Positions 21,992-36,165 of a stretch of 64,000 bases of DNA are shown here, one piece after another; position 1 is the stretch's first letter; each line of letters starts with the position of its first letter. Source of the stretch: Azolla caroliniana (Eukaryota; Plantae; Polypodiophyta); the NCBI GenBank assembly GCA_043228905.1, contig JBHGNT010000041.1:62001-126000 (forward strand), written 5' to 3'. The notes below the pieces were generated by a model that ran no database searches, was not told the origin of the DNA, and saw nothing but the letters and a program-made list of their open reading frames with translations. Both the position numbers and the translations under genes were made by a program.

Positions 21992-24900
21992 TTGGACAGC
22001 CCTAGATCTGTGCAGCCCATTAGTGGTTCCATTCCCTCTAAGCAAGTTAGTGATGTGTTCGTAGCCCAAGTAATAGTTAGTACTAAAAGTACCCCTCCAG
22101 TACATGTCCTAGCACTCCTAGATTCCGGAGCTAACTCTTGCTTTATGGATAAGAAATTTGCTCAAGCTCATAAGATATCCCTAAGAAAACTCCAGTGTCC
22201 AGCCTCTGTAGTAGTCATTGATGGACGTCCCATTGCTTCCGGAAATATCATAGAAGAGTCAGAGCCCATTAATATTGTCCTAGATAACTTAGCATGTGTA
22301 GTATCATTTAGTATTATTAGTATCCCAGAACATCCCATAGTTTTAGGATTACCGTGGTTCGAGTTACATAACCCAGACATAGATTGGAGAACAAGAGAAA
22401 TCCGGTGTCAACAAACCCAAGGGTCAACTTAGAAGATGGAAACCATTTCGCTACGTTAGTTGCGTAAAGAAGGGCACAAGGAGGAAATGTTCCTCTTTGC
22501 AATATCAGTAAACCCCTCCAGCACCACTAAAGAAGAATCCACCGTTCAACATCCCGAGAAGTATCGTCATTACGCCGATGTGTTCGATAAAGTACAAGCC
22601 AACACACTTCCTCATCATCGACCGTACAATTGCCCCATCGATTTACAACCGGGAAAAGAGCCGCCATGGGGACCGATCTACAATTTGTCACCAACCGAGC
22701 TGGAAGTCCTTCGGGCCTATATAAAGGAGAATTTGGAAAATGGTTTCATCCGGCATTCGAAATCTCCAGCCGGCATGCCCATTTTCTTCGTCAAGAAAAA
22801 GGATGGATCGCTTCGTCTCGTTGTAGATTACCGTGGCCTGAATAAGGTTACAATCAGGAATAGGTATGCTCTTCCCCTTATCTCAAGTCTTTTAGAATGG
22901 GTCAATGGTGCCAGGTTCTTCACGAAGATCGACTTACGGGGAGCATATAACCTCGTACGGATCCGACCAGGAGACGAATGGAAGACTGCGTTTCGCACCA
23001 GATATGGGCACTTCGAGTATACGGTCATGCCGTTCGGCCGCACTAATGCACCGGCAGTCTTCCAGCACATGACTAATGATATATTCCAAGATCTATTGGA
23101 TGATTGTTTGATCATCTATTTGGATGATCTACTGGTTTATTCAAAGACCCAAGAAGAACATGATTCTCATGTACTATTAGTACTAAAACGACTTCAAGAA
23201 CATGGTCTGTATGCAAAGTTGGAAAAATCTAGTTTCGGGTGCAACCAAGTGGAATTTCTCGGCTACATCATTTCGTCAGAAGGCATCTCCATGGACCCAA
23301 CTAAGGTCAAAACGGTGGTAGAATGGCAGACTCCGCGTTCGTTGCGGGATGTGCAATGCTTCCTAGGCTTTGCCAATTTTTACCGGAAGTTCATACAAGA
23401 TTACTCAAAGATCGTTCTACCTGTCACACAACTTACTAGGAAGGGACAACTGTTCATCTGGTCTAAAGAAACGGACGTGGCTTTCGAGAGACTTAAAAAG
23501 GCATTTACATCGGCTCCAATTCTAGCTCATGTCAATCTGGAAAAACCATTCATTATCGAAGCTGACGCATCGGATTTTGCATTGGGGAGCATTCTGTCAC
23601 AACAAGGGAATGATGAGAAGCTACATCCTGTGGCTTTTCACTCACGCAAGTTTGACGCCGCCGAAATCAACTACGAAATTCATGATAAGGAGCTATTGGC
23701 AATAGTGGATTCTTTTATGCAATGGAGGCATTTTCTGGAGGGATCCTCTCATCCGGTCACCGTATTTAGTGATCACAAGAACCTTGCCTACTTTCAGGAT
23801 GCTCGTGTGTTGAATCGACGTCAAGCTCGGTGGGCCCACTTCCTCACGCGTTTCGACTTGAAAATTACATATCGTCCGAGGAAGCACCAAGGGAAGGCAG
23901 ATGCATTATCATGACGTTCGTATCTAGCACCCCGTCCTGGCGAGCCAACTTTCGATAACCAAAAACAAGTCATCTTGGGACCGACACGACTACAAGCAAC
24001 ACAGATCTTTGACATGCCCATGGATTCCCGTGTTATCGATACCATACGCGAAGACAGAAAGACAGATGCTTTCGCCCAAGCTATACTAGCACAAATTGAT
24101 CCCTCTCGAGCGACGTGTTCACAGTCGCAACCACCAGGTACGGACTATCGGCAATTCAAATACCATGATGGATTACTCTTCTTTAAAGAACTTTTGTATG
24201 TTCCTAATGGTTCTTGCCACCTTCAAGTAGTACAAAACTGTCATGACACATATACAACTGGGCATTTTGGTAGTACTAAAACACTACGTTTAGTACAACG
24301 ATCATTTTGGTGGCCCTGTATGCGACAATTTGTCGAGGATTTTGTTCGGACTTGTGATACATGCTGCAGAGCGAAAATGCCAAGGCATCATCCATATGGT
24401 TTATTAGAACCATTACCAATTCCAAGCGAACCGTGGCAATCCATTGCTCTAGACTTCAGCACAGATCTTCCAGTCTCTAAGGGATTCAATGCGATTCTAA
24501 CGGTGGTCGATCGATATACGAAGATGGCTCATTTCTTGCCATGTACTAAGGAGATCTCCAGTGAAGACACTGCCGAAATTGTCATGCGTGAAGTATGTCG
24601 GCATCATGGACTTCCCGATAGTATCATCAGCGGCCGTGGACCCCAATTCGTGTCAAAATTCTGGAAGCACCTTTTTAACATGCTCAAGGTCACTTGTAAC
24701 CTCTCCTCCGGCTACCACCCACAAACCGACGGCCAAGCCGAACGAACCAATCAAACGCTGGAGCAGTATCTGCGGTGCTTTCTCAGCTATCATCAGGATG
24801 ACTGGGCAGATATCCTCTACTTCGCCGAATTTGCCTATAACAACTCTATCCATGCATCCACGAAAGTTACACCATTTTATGCTTATACGGGATGTCACCC

Positions 24901-25552
24901 CCGGTGGTGTGTACTTGAAACCCCAGAGGTGTCCACAAATCCTTGCGGAGGATCGTCTAGAGAGGTTACGCAAGATACAAGCGGATTTATCTACTCATCT
25001 CCAACAAGCTCAACAAACACACAAGGTTTATGCGGATCGTCATCGACTCCCATCTAGTTTTAACATTGGAGATCGGGTATGGCTACTCCGACGACACATC
25101 AAGACTACTCTACTCGCCCATGCGAGAAGTTGGATTATCGGCGATTAGGTCCTTTTCGTATTATCAGAAAGATTAATGATGTCACTTTTCGTCTTGATCT
25201 ACCTCCACAACTTCGGATACATCCGGTGTTTCATAGTTCTCTCCCCGAACCCTATCAAGAGAGCACCATCCCAGGACGTATTACACAGCCTCCACCCCCG
25301 ATCGAGCTTGAAGATGGACCTGAGTACGAGGTTGCCGCCATCCTTGATTCCAAGCTTGTTCGCAACAAGCTCTACTATCTAGTCGATTGGCTAGGATATA
25401 GTCCCATCGAGCGTACTTGGGAACCGATAGAGAATGTCACCAATGCTCGTGCTCTTCTTGAAGACTTCCATCGTCAATATCCAGACAAACCGGGTCCTCA
25501 ATCTAAAACGACTCGTTACACTAGTTGTTTTAAAGGGAGGATAGTGTCATGA
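21992..25552 (+). pseudogene. pol: Chromovirus Pol (PR-RT-RNase H-INT-chromodomain) with a few stops and frameshifts
   Basis: LLDSGANSCF, IYLDDLL, DASDFALG, GYHPQTDGQAER, GPF, chromodomain YEVAAILDSK...YLVDWLGY...TWEP. Confidence 0.92.
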
Positions 25553-26693
25553 TATGGCAAGACTCGAACCCATGACCTTATGCTACATGGGTCGAGCTCT
25601 TGACCATTAGACTATACATTGTAATATATAGAATATTATTTTCATTTATGTTTTATTATAGAAAATTGATGTATATTCCAGATTTCTCTGGAACATTCTA
25701 GAAACTTCAGGTGTATTCCTTAGAACACTATAAAAGGAGGCAAAGGCATTATTTCGAACCAAATTGGTTCAACACCAGTCTTAAGCCTCCTAGCTACTGT
25801 ACATTTTCTTCACATAATATATATCTTTTCTTATCATCACTCTCTCTCTCTCGATCTCTCTCTTAGTACTAATACTTCTTTTAGTACTAATTCCTTCTCT
25901 GTCTTAGTACTGTTCCTGACACTACACTGACTCCGACTTTGCCAGAAATACGGACAATCGGATGTAAACATCAGGCTATATTTTCACCTATGGTGGTGGT
26001 GTGATATCATGGATGTCCAAGCTTCAAGAGTGCACAACCCTGTCGACAATAGAGGCCGAGTACATAGCAACATCAGACGCAATGAAGGAAGTGATCTAGC
26101 TGCATCTACTGTCTCCCAACTTCTTATCTACAAGCTGAATCGACTGACCAATGCAGACCATCTATTGCGATTCACAGAGCGCAATTCACCTCATTAACAA
26201 TCCCTTCTATCACGCAAAGATGAAGCACATTCAGGTACGGTATCATCACATCCGGGAGCTCATAACTAAGAAGAAGCTTGAAGTCCGGAAGATTGACACC
26301 AAGGTGAACATCGCCTATTGCCTGACAAAGTCACTCCGAGATCAACGCCTCAGAGCACTAAGGACAAAGATGGGACTACGACAAGTGACCGAGCAGAAGA
26401 AAGCTGAACGAGGAGTAGAAGGTAAGAGTCGACCAAATCAATCATGATAATGAGGCATGGTAGGCTCGACACGAACCTCACCTATGCCGACTCGACTATA
26501 TGCCGACCGACTTGTAACATAAATTTAGATTAGTGTTGTAATCAAGGTTTACGGGGGAGACAACCCCAAACACATGTACATGTAGGAAAGAGTAGTCCTA
26601 TTACGGGGGAGTTTGTTGGCATAAAAGGCCGACTCCTTCCACTGTGTATCCTAGTGTGAACTCATCCATATAGTTAGGGCATACATCGAGTCT

Positions 26694-26741
<48 letters not shown>

Positions 26742-26877
26742 AGAAATAAAGAGAGCTTCCATTAAAGCTTCATTTGTGTGTGTGTTTATTATCTGTCTAT
26801 ATCTTCTTACCTTCCCTCTGTGTTGTTTGTTAAGCATAACCGACAAGTCCTCACATATGTTTCCGTGCATATCTGCC

Positions 26878-27058
26878 CTTCAACGGCACGAGGGCACATT
26901 TTCACGGTTTCATCAAACAAATTCGGCTAATCATCCGATAACAACCCCAACAGTATGCTAATGACTTTTCTCAAATTGGCCTCATCGGCACCCTTCTCTT
27001 TGGGCCAACGCAAGCATGGTTTGCACCCTTGGTCGAGACCTCATCCCCTCTCTTACAA
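26878..27058 (+). pseudogene. Short Tcn1-like gag fragment from a different subfamily
   Basis: Translates FNGTRAHFHGFIKQIRLII...IGLIGTLLFGPTQAWFAPLVETSSPLL, homologous to Gag 20814-21965. Confidence 0.7.
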
Positions 27059-27967
27059 CTTCCACGTTCCTAGTAATACATGTGTATTTCTATCTCCTCC
27101 TAATACTTGTCGAGTCGAGTCGAATTATTAGATAAAACTCCACCATTTCAATATATTTTTCTTTTATGTTATGTTCCTTTATGGATCTAGAGTTCCATGA
27201 ACATTTGACATGGAAAATAACGCCAACCATGAGGTTCTACCTTTTAAGCTAGCCTAATATGTTTGTTAAATACTTTCATTGATCTATAATTCACTGAACA
27301 TTTTATGTGGTATGAAACGCTAGCCATGGGGCTCGAACCCATGACCACAAGGTTAAGAGCCTTGCGCTCTACCATCTGAGCTAGGCCAGCTAGATAACAA
27401 GAAATGTTTCATCTACAAATATTTCTTTCTTTTTCTTTCGTTTGTTCATATTCTCCCTTCAACCAGGGCCAACAATGCACATCAAGCATGTAGAGTTCCA
27501 AAATCATTTTATGTGGCCAAAAATGTCCTTCCCACATGTAAAGTTCGATAGAACATTATATGTGGCAAGAAATGCTCTTCCGACATGGGTATTCAACCTA
27601 ACATGTTTGTTATGTTCCTTTATGGATCTCTAGTTCCATGAACATTTTACACAGAAAATATTGAGCCTTACATGTTTGTTATGTTACTTTATGGATCTAT
27701 AGTTCCATTAACATTTTACATGGAAAACATGTTTGTTATGTTGCTTTATGGATCTCTAGTTCCATGAACATTTTACATGGAAAATATTGAGCCTTACATG
27801 TTTGTTATGTTACTTTATGGATCTATAGTTCCATTAACATTTTACATGGAAAATAACGCCAACCATGAGGTTTTACCATTTAAGCTAGACTGACATGTTT
27901 GTTAAATACTTTCATTGTTCTACAATTCAATGAACGTTTTACGTGGTATGAAACCCCGGCCATGGGG
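27059..27967 (-). repeat. tRNA-Lys satellite block 2, inverted relative to block 1
   Basis: Reverse complement of about 16950-17740. Confidence 0.9.
27318..27390 (-). tRNA. tRNA-Lys(CUU), intact cloverleaf
   Basis: 73 nt; acceptor GCTGGCC/GGCTAGC pairs; CTT anticodon; GGTTCGAG B-box. Confidence 0.8.
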
Positions 27968-29800
27968 TGAAAAGAATGTCGTGCGGAAGCAATATAGGAG
28001 ACAGAACAATAGAAGACGCGGGTTTAATGGAAGCTTAGGTTTGCATAGTACGCACGAGATAGACAGAGAGAGAGAGAGAGTAAGCACAAGAACTTAATTC
28101 AAAAATAATACTCAATTTGTACATAGGATTTGCTCAGTGAGCACTTTTATACAAGCCCTAACAATCGGGCCGACACAAGTGCTGACACAAGTACTGACAG
28201 TACTGGACTACTCATAAATGAGCCTCGACACTTACTCCCAAAACTATTCCTTACGAGGAATATCTTTCTAACGGCCTTTCGGTCTATGCACCGATACGAC
28301 CTCTCGTTACGCACCGATTTGCGTACCGGTTTACACATCCGTTTTACGCACTAGTTACGCATCGAATTACGCACAAATGTTGAGCTTGTCTCTCAACACT
28401 CCCCCTCAAGCTCAACTTGAGGTTCCGCTTGCTCCGCCGGATCTACGCTCCGGCTTCTCCTAGCTCCACGCCTTGCTCGCGCTCCTCGGCCTGTTCGACT
28501 CCGCGCGCTTCGACCCTTCCGATCGGCTTGTCTACTCCCATGGCCCTTCACAACTCCCTTGCTGCCGCGGTGTTGACGTTTCTCCTATTGCCTTCTTTTC
28601 CGCTTGGCCCTCGGTTGATTTAGATACACTGAATCAAACATCCGAACCGACTCGGCTACCTCCGATCGGTTTTTGCTCTCGTTCGAGTTGGCTGTCCCCA
28701 ACTCGTCTTCGGTCTTCTTGCCCTTGATGGCGTCATCTCCCCCATGCTTGGTTGGCTTTGGCTCTTTCTTCTGGCTGCTCCCCTTATGTCCGTTTTCGGA
28801 CTCTTCCGCGGATCCGCCCTCGGCGTCTTCAACCGATCCGAAGTCGAATTCGTGATCCGACTCGGTGCCACAGTCTTTTCCACTCCTTTCCTGCTCCCTT
28901 CCGTGCTCATCTGGGACGTCTCTCCCCCTCAAGTTCGGCACGTCGAGGTGACGCAACCCAAGCGCACCCGAGAATTTCCGCAACTTGTCTAGACCAAGAG
29001 GCTTGGTGAAGATGTCAGTGGTCTACCGATCCGTCGGAACATACTGAAGTTCGACTTCACCAGAAAGGACACGCTCATGGACGAAATGGTAGTGCACCTC
29101 AATGTGCTTGGTCCGTGCGTGGAAGACAGGGTTCTTCGCGAGCTGGATGCTGTTGAGGTTGTCACAGTAGATCGTCGTCGGATCGGACACCTCCACCTAC
29201 AGATCCTTAAGTAGCTGCTTCAACCATATGGCCTCGCATGTCGCGACAGCCGCTCCTCTATACTCGGCTTCAGTGCTCGACAGTGCAACTATTGGCTGCC
29301 TCTTGCTACTCCACATTATCGCGGCACTCCCAAGAGAGAACGCATATCCGGACGTGGATCGGTGATCAACGATCGGTGGTGTTGCCAGCCATATCAGCAT
29401 CGGTGTAGCCGACCAACTACGAGGCTAGACCGGTCCAAAATAGCAGTCCCCGGTCCTTAGTACCGCTTACGTACCGCAGTACGCGTTGTGCAAACTGAAG
29501 GTGCTCCTCGGTAGGTCGCGCCATAAACTAATTGATCACCCCGACCGGATAACTGAGATCGGGTCAGGTGATTGTCAATTAGATAAGGCTTCCGACAATT
29601 TGTCGGAACCTTGTCGGATCGCAAACCTTGTCGGAATTGGGGTGACGCTTGACGGTTCTATCCAAAGGAGTCGAGACAGACTTACAGTCGGCCATCCCGA
29701 ATTTGAAGAGCATATTCAGCGCGTAATGCCATTGGCTGATCAGTATGCCTTCGGAGGTGCGGATCACTTCGATCTCGAGGAAGTAATGAAGGTCCCCTAG

Positions 29801-32800
29801 TGTTACGGGCATGACCATTTAATATCCCGTGGTGAGAATTTACCGTAGTATTCTATACACGTGGATAAGTGTGAGGGTTAAACGAGAGTGTAAAGAAGGG
29901 GAGGATTATTTTTAATCCTCGGGATTGAGACAACCCATTAGGTCAAGTGTAAACTTGCCTGGGGGCCTTGGGTATCGCTATAAATAAGAGGCCTAGCTAC
30001 CCTCATTTGATCATCTTTTTTACTACATTGAGACTCTGCTCTTGTGGTGGGTCAACTCTTGTAGCGAGCGCGCCAGCACCAGGTATGACTCAACGCCACG
30101 GTGGTGGTATGGGACGCCGATCGAGGCTCGAGTCCGTCTCGATCCCTTCGCTCGGGGGTGGTCAGGTGGATCGGCACCCTTCTTTCTCTTTCTCCTTTCT
30201 ATCTATCATTTGTTTATCCTTATCTTAAGCTTACTTTAGTACTTAGATCTCTAATATTTGGTAATAGATTTATGTACTAATGTTTCTTTGTTTTTCATTT
30301 GTCTTTTGATTGATGCCGATCGATCGTTGTGCGGTCGGCCTTGATCCAGACAACGATCAACAAAGAACTTCGGTAACTCTTTCCATAATTTTTTTTTTCT
30401 ATTCTCTCTTCTCCCATCTAATCGTGTGTTTAGTTTATATGTCAATTTTTTTCATTAAGTCAATGATGTTGTAGTGGTCTTTAATTGATTATCTAAAACG
30501 TTTACATATGTGCACGAGGTCAATACCTCGTTTGACATATTAATAATATGTGATGAGTGTCGTATGCGTACGAGGTTAATACCTCAATTACGTATTACAT
30601 TCATGAACACATGTTACGTTTGCGTATGAGTTTAATACCTTGATTTGTTGTAAACGATATGCGGTTGGTTTCGTATGCGTAAGAGGTCAATACCTCAATT
30701 GCGTATTACGATGATCTCTTATTTGAGGATGTTTCGTGTGCGTAGAGGTATATACCTCGATTACGTATCTCGATCACATCATTTGTGGCTATTTAATATA
30801 ACGATATGTTTAATATAGGCATATGTGGTCACATATATACGTATTTGATCGTATATATGTGATAATTAAACATATGTGTATATTCGTTATTACGTGATTA
30901 TATCGAAAGTTGTTCTTGTCGGGAAAAGGATGTTGGTGGCCGTCCTCACATTTTTGTGAGACATAATGATGTTGAGTACGTAGGGCTTGACCCACTTCAA
31001 GTGAGGTCGCTCCAATGATGCACGTATCCAACATCCCTCCCTCGTTACATGGATACGATGCCACCATGAGCTCGTTCTTACGAGAGGCATTCGTAATGAC
31101 GTGACCATGTGATGGGCCATGTGGGCCTACTACGAAACGAAGGCTCATTTGGCTTGACCATTAGGTTGCAATTTGGCGTATGCCATCGTAATTACGAGAC
31201 TTGAGGTTAGGTAACGTACCAACATAGTTTTGGTAAATGAGGGCGAAATAAGGACCCTTGAAATATATGTTCTTTTAAAAAAAAACATATATGATCAATT
31301 GCCTTGCACATCTCTTATACGCATCAAACATTAAGCATTCGAGAAGAGCAACTTACTTGGTTGGCTCAAGTGTTTAATGTATTTGTTCTCGAGGTCTCGA
31401 GTTCAAATATGACCAAGACCATACAACATCCCTGATACATATGACTATAACACATGTTTAGACTTAAGGTCTAAGTGCACCTCGGGGTCCTCGTAATAGG
31501 ACTTAAAGAGCCGAAACCACATATGTGGGCACTGAAACATTGTTTATTGTTAACATTTTTTTCGTGTATAAACAATTCATGACGCGAACATACATGGTTG
31601 AGCCTCGGGGAGCCACCATGAAAAAATCGATATAGAGATCAGGGAAAGACATTTATTTGTCACCCCCATGGTTTTTAAAACACCTTTGTGTTACCATAGT
31701 AACTTGATCTTGAACCTCATCTCATACGTCTAGAGGGGTATTGACGTGAGATAATGATATCGATTAATGCTCGCCCATGATATGTTTACATCACGACATG
31801 ATGTTATGACTATATCTCTGACCTTGTCCTATTTCTTTTCCAGAAATAATCTTTAATGGCTCAAATTAACGACCCGATGTCATCCGCTCAAGCGGAAGGA
31901 ACTCAAGGGAATCCTCCTGGACAAATGTCCACTGAGATGTATTTGGCACAAATAACCCAATACCTTAGTTTCACTGTTCAACAGATGACCAAACTTCGGC
32001 AATCTCAGAGTGTTCTTGAGGCACGTGTCATTAGTCTACAAAACCTATTGTGTGGAATGGTACACTAGACCTCGCCTTTAAGGAAGTCAAGGACCTGGTT
32101 TGCAAGGCTCCTTCACTTCTTTTACCTGATCCTTCAAAACCTTTTGAGGTTGAAACCGATGCAAGCGATTATGCTATAGGTGCTGTCTTGTATCAAGATG
32201 GTAAACCAATAACATTCGAGAGTAAGAAACTTGATTCTGCTCAATGTCGGTATACCGTTCAAGAAAAGGAATTATTTGTAGTTATACATGCGCTCAAAAC
32301 ATGGCGCCATTATCTTTATGGAAATCGCTTTGTGGTAACTACGGACCACGAGTCCTTGAAATATTTTTGTGACCAACAAGACCTGAAAGGTCGTAAGGCA
32401 CGATGGGCTGATCTCATCCAGGACTTTGATTTTTCCATACGATATCGTAAAGGTTCCATGAACACTGTCGCTAATGCACTAAGTCGCATTCGTGAAGTTT
32501 AAACATGCTTAGCTTCACTGAAATAACATCAGATCTTTATGATCACCTTCGAGGAAAGTATCCTGATGACAGTTATTTTGCAAAATACTGGGCAAGAGTT
32601 GAGTCTGGAACAGACACCACCACATCCTCGAAGGAATACTTCCACATTGCTAACGGTTTGCTCTACCGTAATGGGAAGGTTTGTGTTCTAGATTTACCCG
32701 AGGTCAAAAAGAGGATTCTTTTTTAATGCCATGATGCACCCTCAGTAGGGCACCCTGGAATACATCGTACACTCGTTCTCATCTCCACTCAATTTTATTA

Positions 32801-34420
32801 GCCTAAGATGCGTCCTGACATACATAGCTATGTGACTAAATGTCACCAGTGTCAGGTTAACAAAGCCGAGCGACTTAAAGCCGCAGGACTTTTACATCCC
32901 TTGGACATTCCCAATAATAAGTGGGAAAGTATATCCATGGATTTTATTGTTAGCCTTCCTCGCACCCAAGAAGGTCATGATGCCATCTGGGTTGTCGTTG
33001 ATCGACTAACTAAAATGGCCAGATTTATTGCTACTAAAACCACGGTAACAACTCCTAAATTGGCTTACCAATTCGTTGACGAATTGTTTCGTTTTTATGG
33101 GTTACCGATGGATATCGTGAGTGATTGAGGTCCTAAGTTTACTAGTGACTTCTGGACGCAAGTCTTTAAGAAGTTAGAAACTACGTTGAGCATGAGTAAA
33201 TAATATTATTGAGGACATGCTTCGAGCATACGTTGGTGCAAAACCAACAAAATGGGAACGTTATCTCCCAATTTTGGAGTTTGCTTATAATAGCTCCAAG
33301 CATACGTCGACGGGATATAGTCCTTTTATGTTGATGTATGGTTTTCAGCCACGAGCCCCGATTGATGTTAATATACATCATGATGAGTTGCGAAGTACGC
33401 AAAACTTTCTTCGGGATATGCAAGATATGTTGCATATTGCACGAGATAATATAAAAACAACTCAAGATAGAGCGCGTTTTTATGCCGATCATCATAGGCA
33501 ACCTCATGTATTCAACCCTGGACAAAAGGTATTTTTACGTGTACCTCACAATTCTAAGACATTGTCTACGGGTAAGTGCGCTAAGTTAGCCCCACGGTTT
33601 TGTGGACCTTTTACAGTCCTCAAACGCATTGGGTCATCAGCCTATTGTCTTGCTCTTCCCGATGGTGTTGGAATTCATCCAGTCTTCCATGTGAGTCGTC
33701 TAAAAGAACTTCTAGGTTCTGGCGACAATACAGTTACAACTGAAACTCAGGTTACTTCTCAAGAATTATCTTCTAAACCACATGTACCAGAAAGAATTCT
33801 CGATGTTAAAACAAAAAAATTACATACTAAAGAAATCCGAGAATTTAAAATAAAATGGATGGATAAATCAATAAAAGATGCCACATGGGAACGCGAAAAT
33901 ACTCTCAGAACTAATTTCCCTAACTTTCCATTGCAAGAGTGCAATGTTTTAAAGAGGGGGAGTATGTTACGGGCATGACCATTTAATATCCCATGGTGAG
34001 AATTTACCGTAGTATTCTATACACGTGGATAAGTGTGAGGGTTAAACGAGAGTGTAAAGAAGGGGAGGATTACTTTTAATCCTCGGGATTGAGACAACCT
34101 ATTAGGTCAAGTGTGAACTTGCCTGGGGGCCTTGGGTATCGCTATAAATAAGAGGCCTAGCTACCCTCATTTGATCATCTTTTTTACTACATCGAGACTC
34201 TGCTCTTGTGGTGGGTCAACTCTTGTAGCGAGCACGCCAGCACCAGGTACGACTCGACGCCACGACGGTGGTATGGGACGCCGATCGAGGCTCGAGTCCA
34301 TCTCGATCCTTTCACTCGGGGGTGGTCGGGTGGATCGGCACCCTTCTTTCTCTTTCTCCTTTCTATCTATCATTTGTTTATCCTTATCTTAAGCTTACTT
34401 TAGTACTTAGATCTCTAATA
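29801..34420 (+). mobile_element. Internally deleted chromoviral gypsy (family F)
   Basis: 456-bp LTRs 29801-30256 and 33965-34420; TSD cctag/cctag; degenerate PBS tggtaataga; PPT aagagggggag. Gag start at 31856 is joined to RNase H near 32050 (most of gag, PR and RT lost). Integrase and chromodomain (PERILDVK...KIKWMDKSIKDATWE) retained. Confidence 0.9.
30505..30775 (+). repeat. Five ~56-bp degenerate tandem units, each with a gaggt-N4-acctc hairpin, in the 5' leader of family F
   Basis: Hairpin cores at about 30516, 30572, 30628, 30683 and 30745. Confidence 0.75.
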
Positions 34421-35517
34421 CCTAGATCCTTCATGTCGAATGATGCCGCAAGTTGGAGCTTCACGCGGTCCATTTCACCTAGGTCAGCGTCGGTGATGAC
34501 CAAGTCATCAACATATAGTAAAATACTGACCGGCCCGAGTCGACCTTTCCGGATGAACAGGGAAGAGTCTGATTTGGACGTTGCAAAGCCCAACCGACGC
34601 AGTTGCTGCGTGATCTTCACGTTCCAGGCACGCGGGGCTTGCTTCAGTCCATAAAGGGACTTCTTCAATCGGCACACCGCCGAAGTGTTCGTTCCAGAGT
34701 GAAATCCGGGGGGTTGTACCATGTACACCTGTTCCTCAAGCTTACCTTGCAAGAACGCATTCTTTACATCCATTTGATGTAAGTGCCACACCTTTGCCGT
34801 AGCTACCGCGAGCAAAACACAGACGGTCGACATCTTCGCGACCGCCGCAAACGTCTCATCGTAATCGATGTCGTGTTTCTACGCAGAGCCTTTTGCCACT
34901 AACTGGGCCTTCTATCGGTTGACCGAGCCATTGGTGTTGTACTTGACCTGGTACACCCACCTACATCCGATCGGCTTCACACCCTTCAGTGCGTCAACCA
35001 GGTCTCAGGTTTCATTTTCCACCAATGCGTGCATCTCTTCCTCCATTGCGGTGCACCAATTCACGTCCATAGCTGCTTCTGCGTAGATCTCCGACTCACG
35101 CACTTCCGCTACATGGGTCATGTACGTATAATGATGCGCCATGTACTCGTTGTATCCGAACCACACAACAGGGTTCTTCTGGCGGGTAGATCGGCGTAAT
35201 TGGTCATTAGCCAATGTCAAGGTCTTCTCGGCCGACGCGGACTTCGCTCTTGAAGACCCATCACCGGTTCCCTCGGTGTCGGACTCGCATCGGTCTGACT
35301 CGTTCCTTCCCGTGACGGAATCCGACACCTTCTTCGTCCCTCTCTCTCTGCACGTAAGCCGTCTCCTCGGCTTCCTACGCGGGGAATGCACGGCTGAGTC
35401 TCCACTACTCGCCGGCTCTTCATCGGACTGGTCGAACCGACTCAGTCGTCCATTCAGTCCACTTATCCGAAACGAAATCGGGACTCTCTTCGTGAGTCCC
35501 GATTTCAGGTTCATCCG

Positions 35518-36165
35518 TGTTGGGAGACAAGTCCCTCTGGATGGGAAGGGAGAAGAATAGTGATGATAAGCAAACTCGGTCGAGGCCAATAGGCCTCGGC
35601 CGAAATCGGATGAGGAGTACCCGGCTACGGAGAGCCGGATGGTGCAGACCCGGTGAGAACCGGATGAGGAGTACCCGGCTACGGAGAGCTGGATGATGCA
35701 GACCCGGTGAGAACCGGATGAGGAGTACTTGGCTACGGAGAGCCGGATGGTGCAGACCCGGTGAGGAGTGCTCACCGGATGAAGAGACATATTTGTAAAT
35801 ATGTTTCTGAGAGTCCACCATGGCTATATTTGTAAATAGCCGAAAAGTCATATTAGTATAAATATGACTTAGGGCAAACTTTTAGCAGTAGTTGTCATTC
35901 TTACTGTGTACAGAGAGAGAGAGAGAGAGAAAGAGGTCGTTGCCTCTGTTGTAACCGCCATGAACTCACTGTTGTACATTCTAACACAGTGATAGTTTGC
36001 AGCCTGTGGGCTGCCGTGGTTTTTTCCCTTAGTTTGGGTTTTCCATGTAAACATTCTGCGTACTCGTCTCTTCTTCGTGTCGTTCATTATTTCCCATTTT
36101 CTGTGTATGATTCTAAGCTCCGTTGTGGCCGAGCGTTGCGTATACGGAGCGTGTTGTTCCTGTCA
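35518..36165 (+). repeat. Solo LTR related to copia family A, with three ~54-bp internal tandem repeats
   Basis: tgttgg...tgtca ends; TSD atccg/atccg. Unit ggatgaggagtacccggctacggagagccggatggtgcagacccggtgagaacc at about 35608-35765. Confidence 0.88.

Larger units (their letters stand above)
20322..25921 (+). mobile_element. Full-length Tcn1/Tf1-like chromoviral gypsy (family E1)
   Basis: LTRs 20322-20739 and 25545-25921; TSD ctaca/ctaca; PPT aaagggaggatag; gag-PR-RT-RH-INT-chromodomain. Confidence 0.95.
19759..26877 (+). mobile_element. Copia family B fragment (RT C-terminus-RNase H-3' LTR), interrupted by chromovirus at 20322-25921
   Basis: Homologous to 13383-14910. TRPDLAYAVGVVSRYM; IYCDSQSAIHL. 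PPT, then LTR from 26614 with (GA)n at 26696-26738. Confidence 0.85.

Noticed and set aside
30505-30775. Mini CRISPR array (palindromic repeats with variable spacers)
   Set aside because: The repeats are degenerate and lie inside an LTR retrotransposon leader; kept only as a hairpin array
31345-31415. Possible further tRNA-like cassette (tggctcaagtg...gagttcaaat) in the family F leader
   Set aside because: Both boxes deviate from consensus, no stems are evident, and it occurs once
35005-35851. 261-aa and 143-aa ORFs with repeated peptides
   Set aside because: Chimeric read-through of solo-LTR tandem repeats into copia pol
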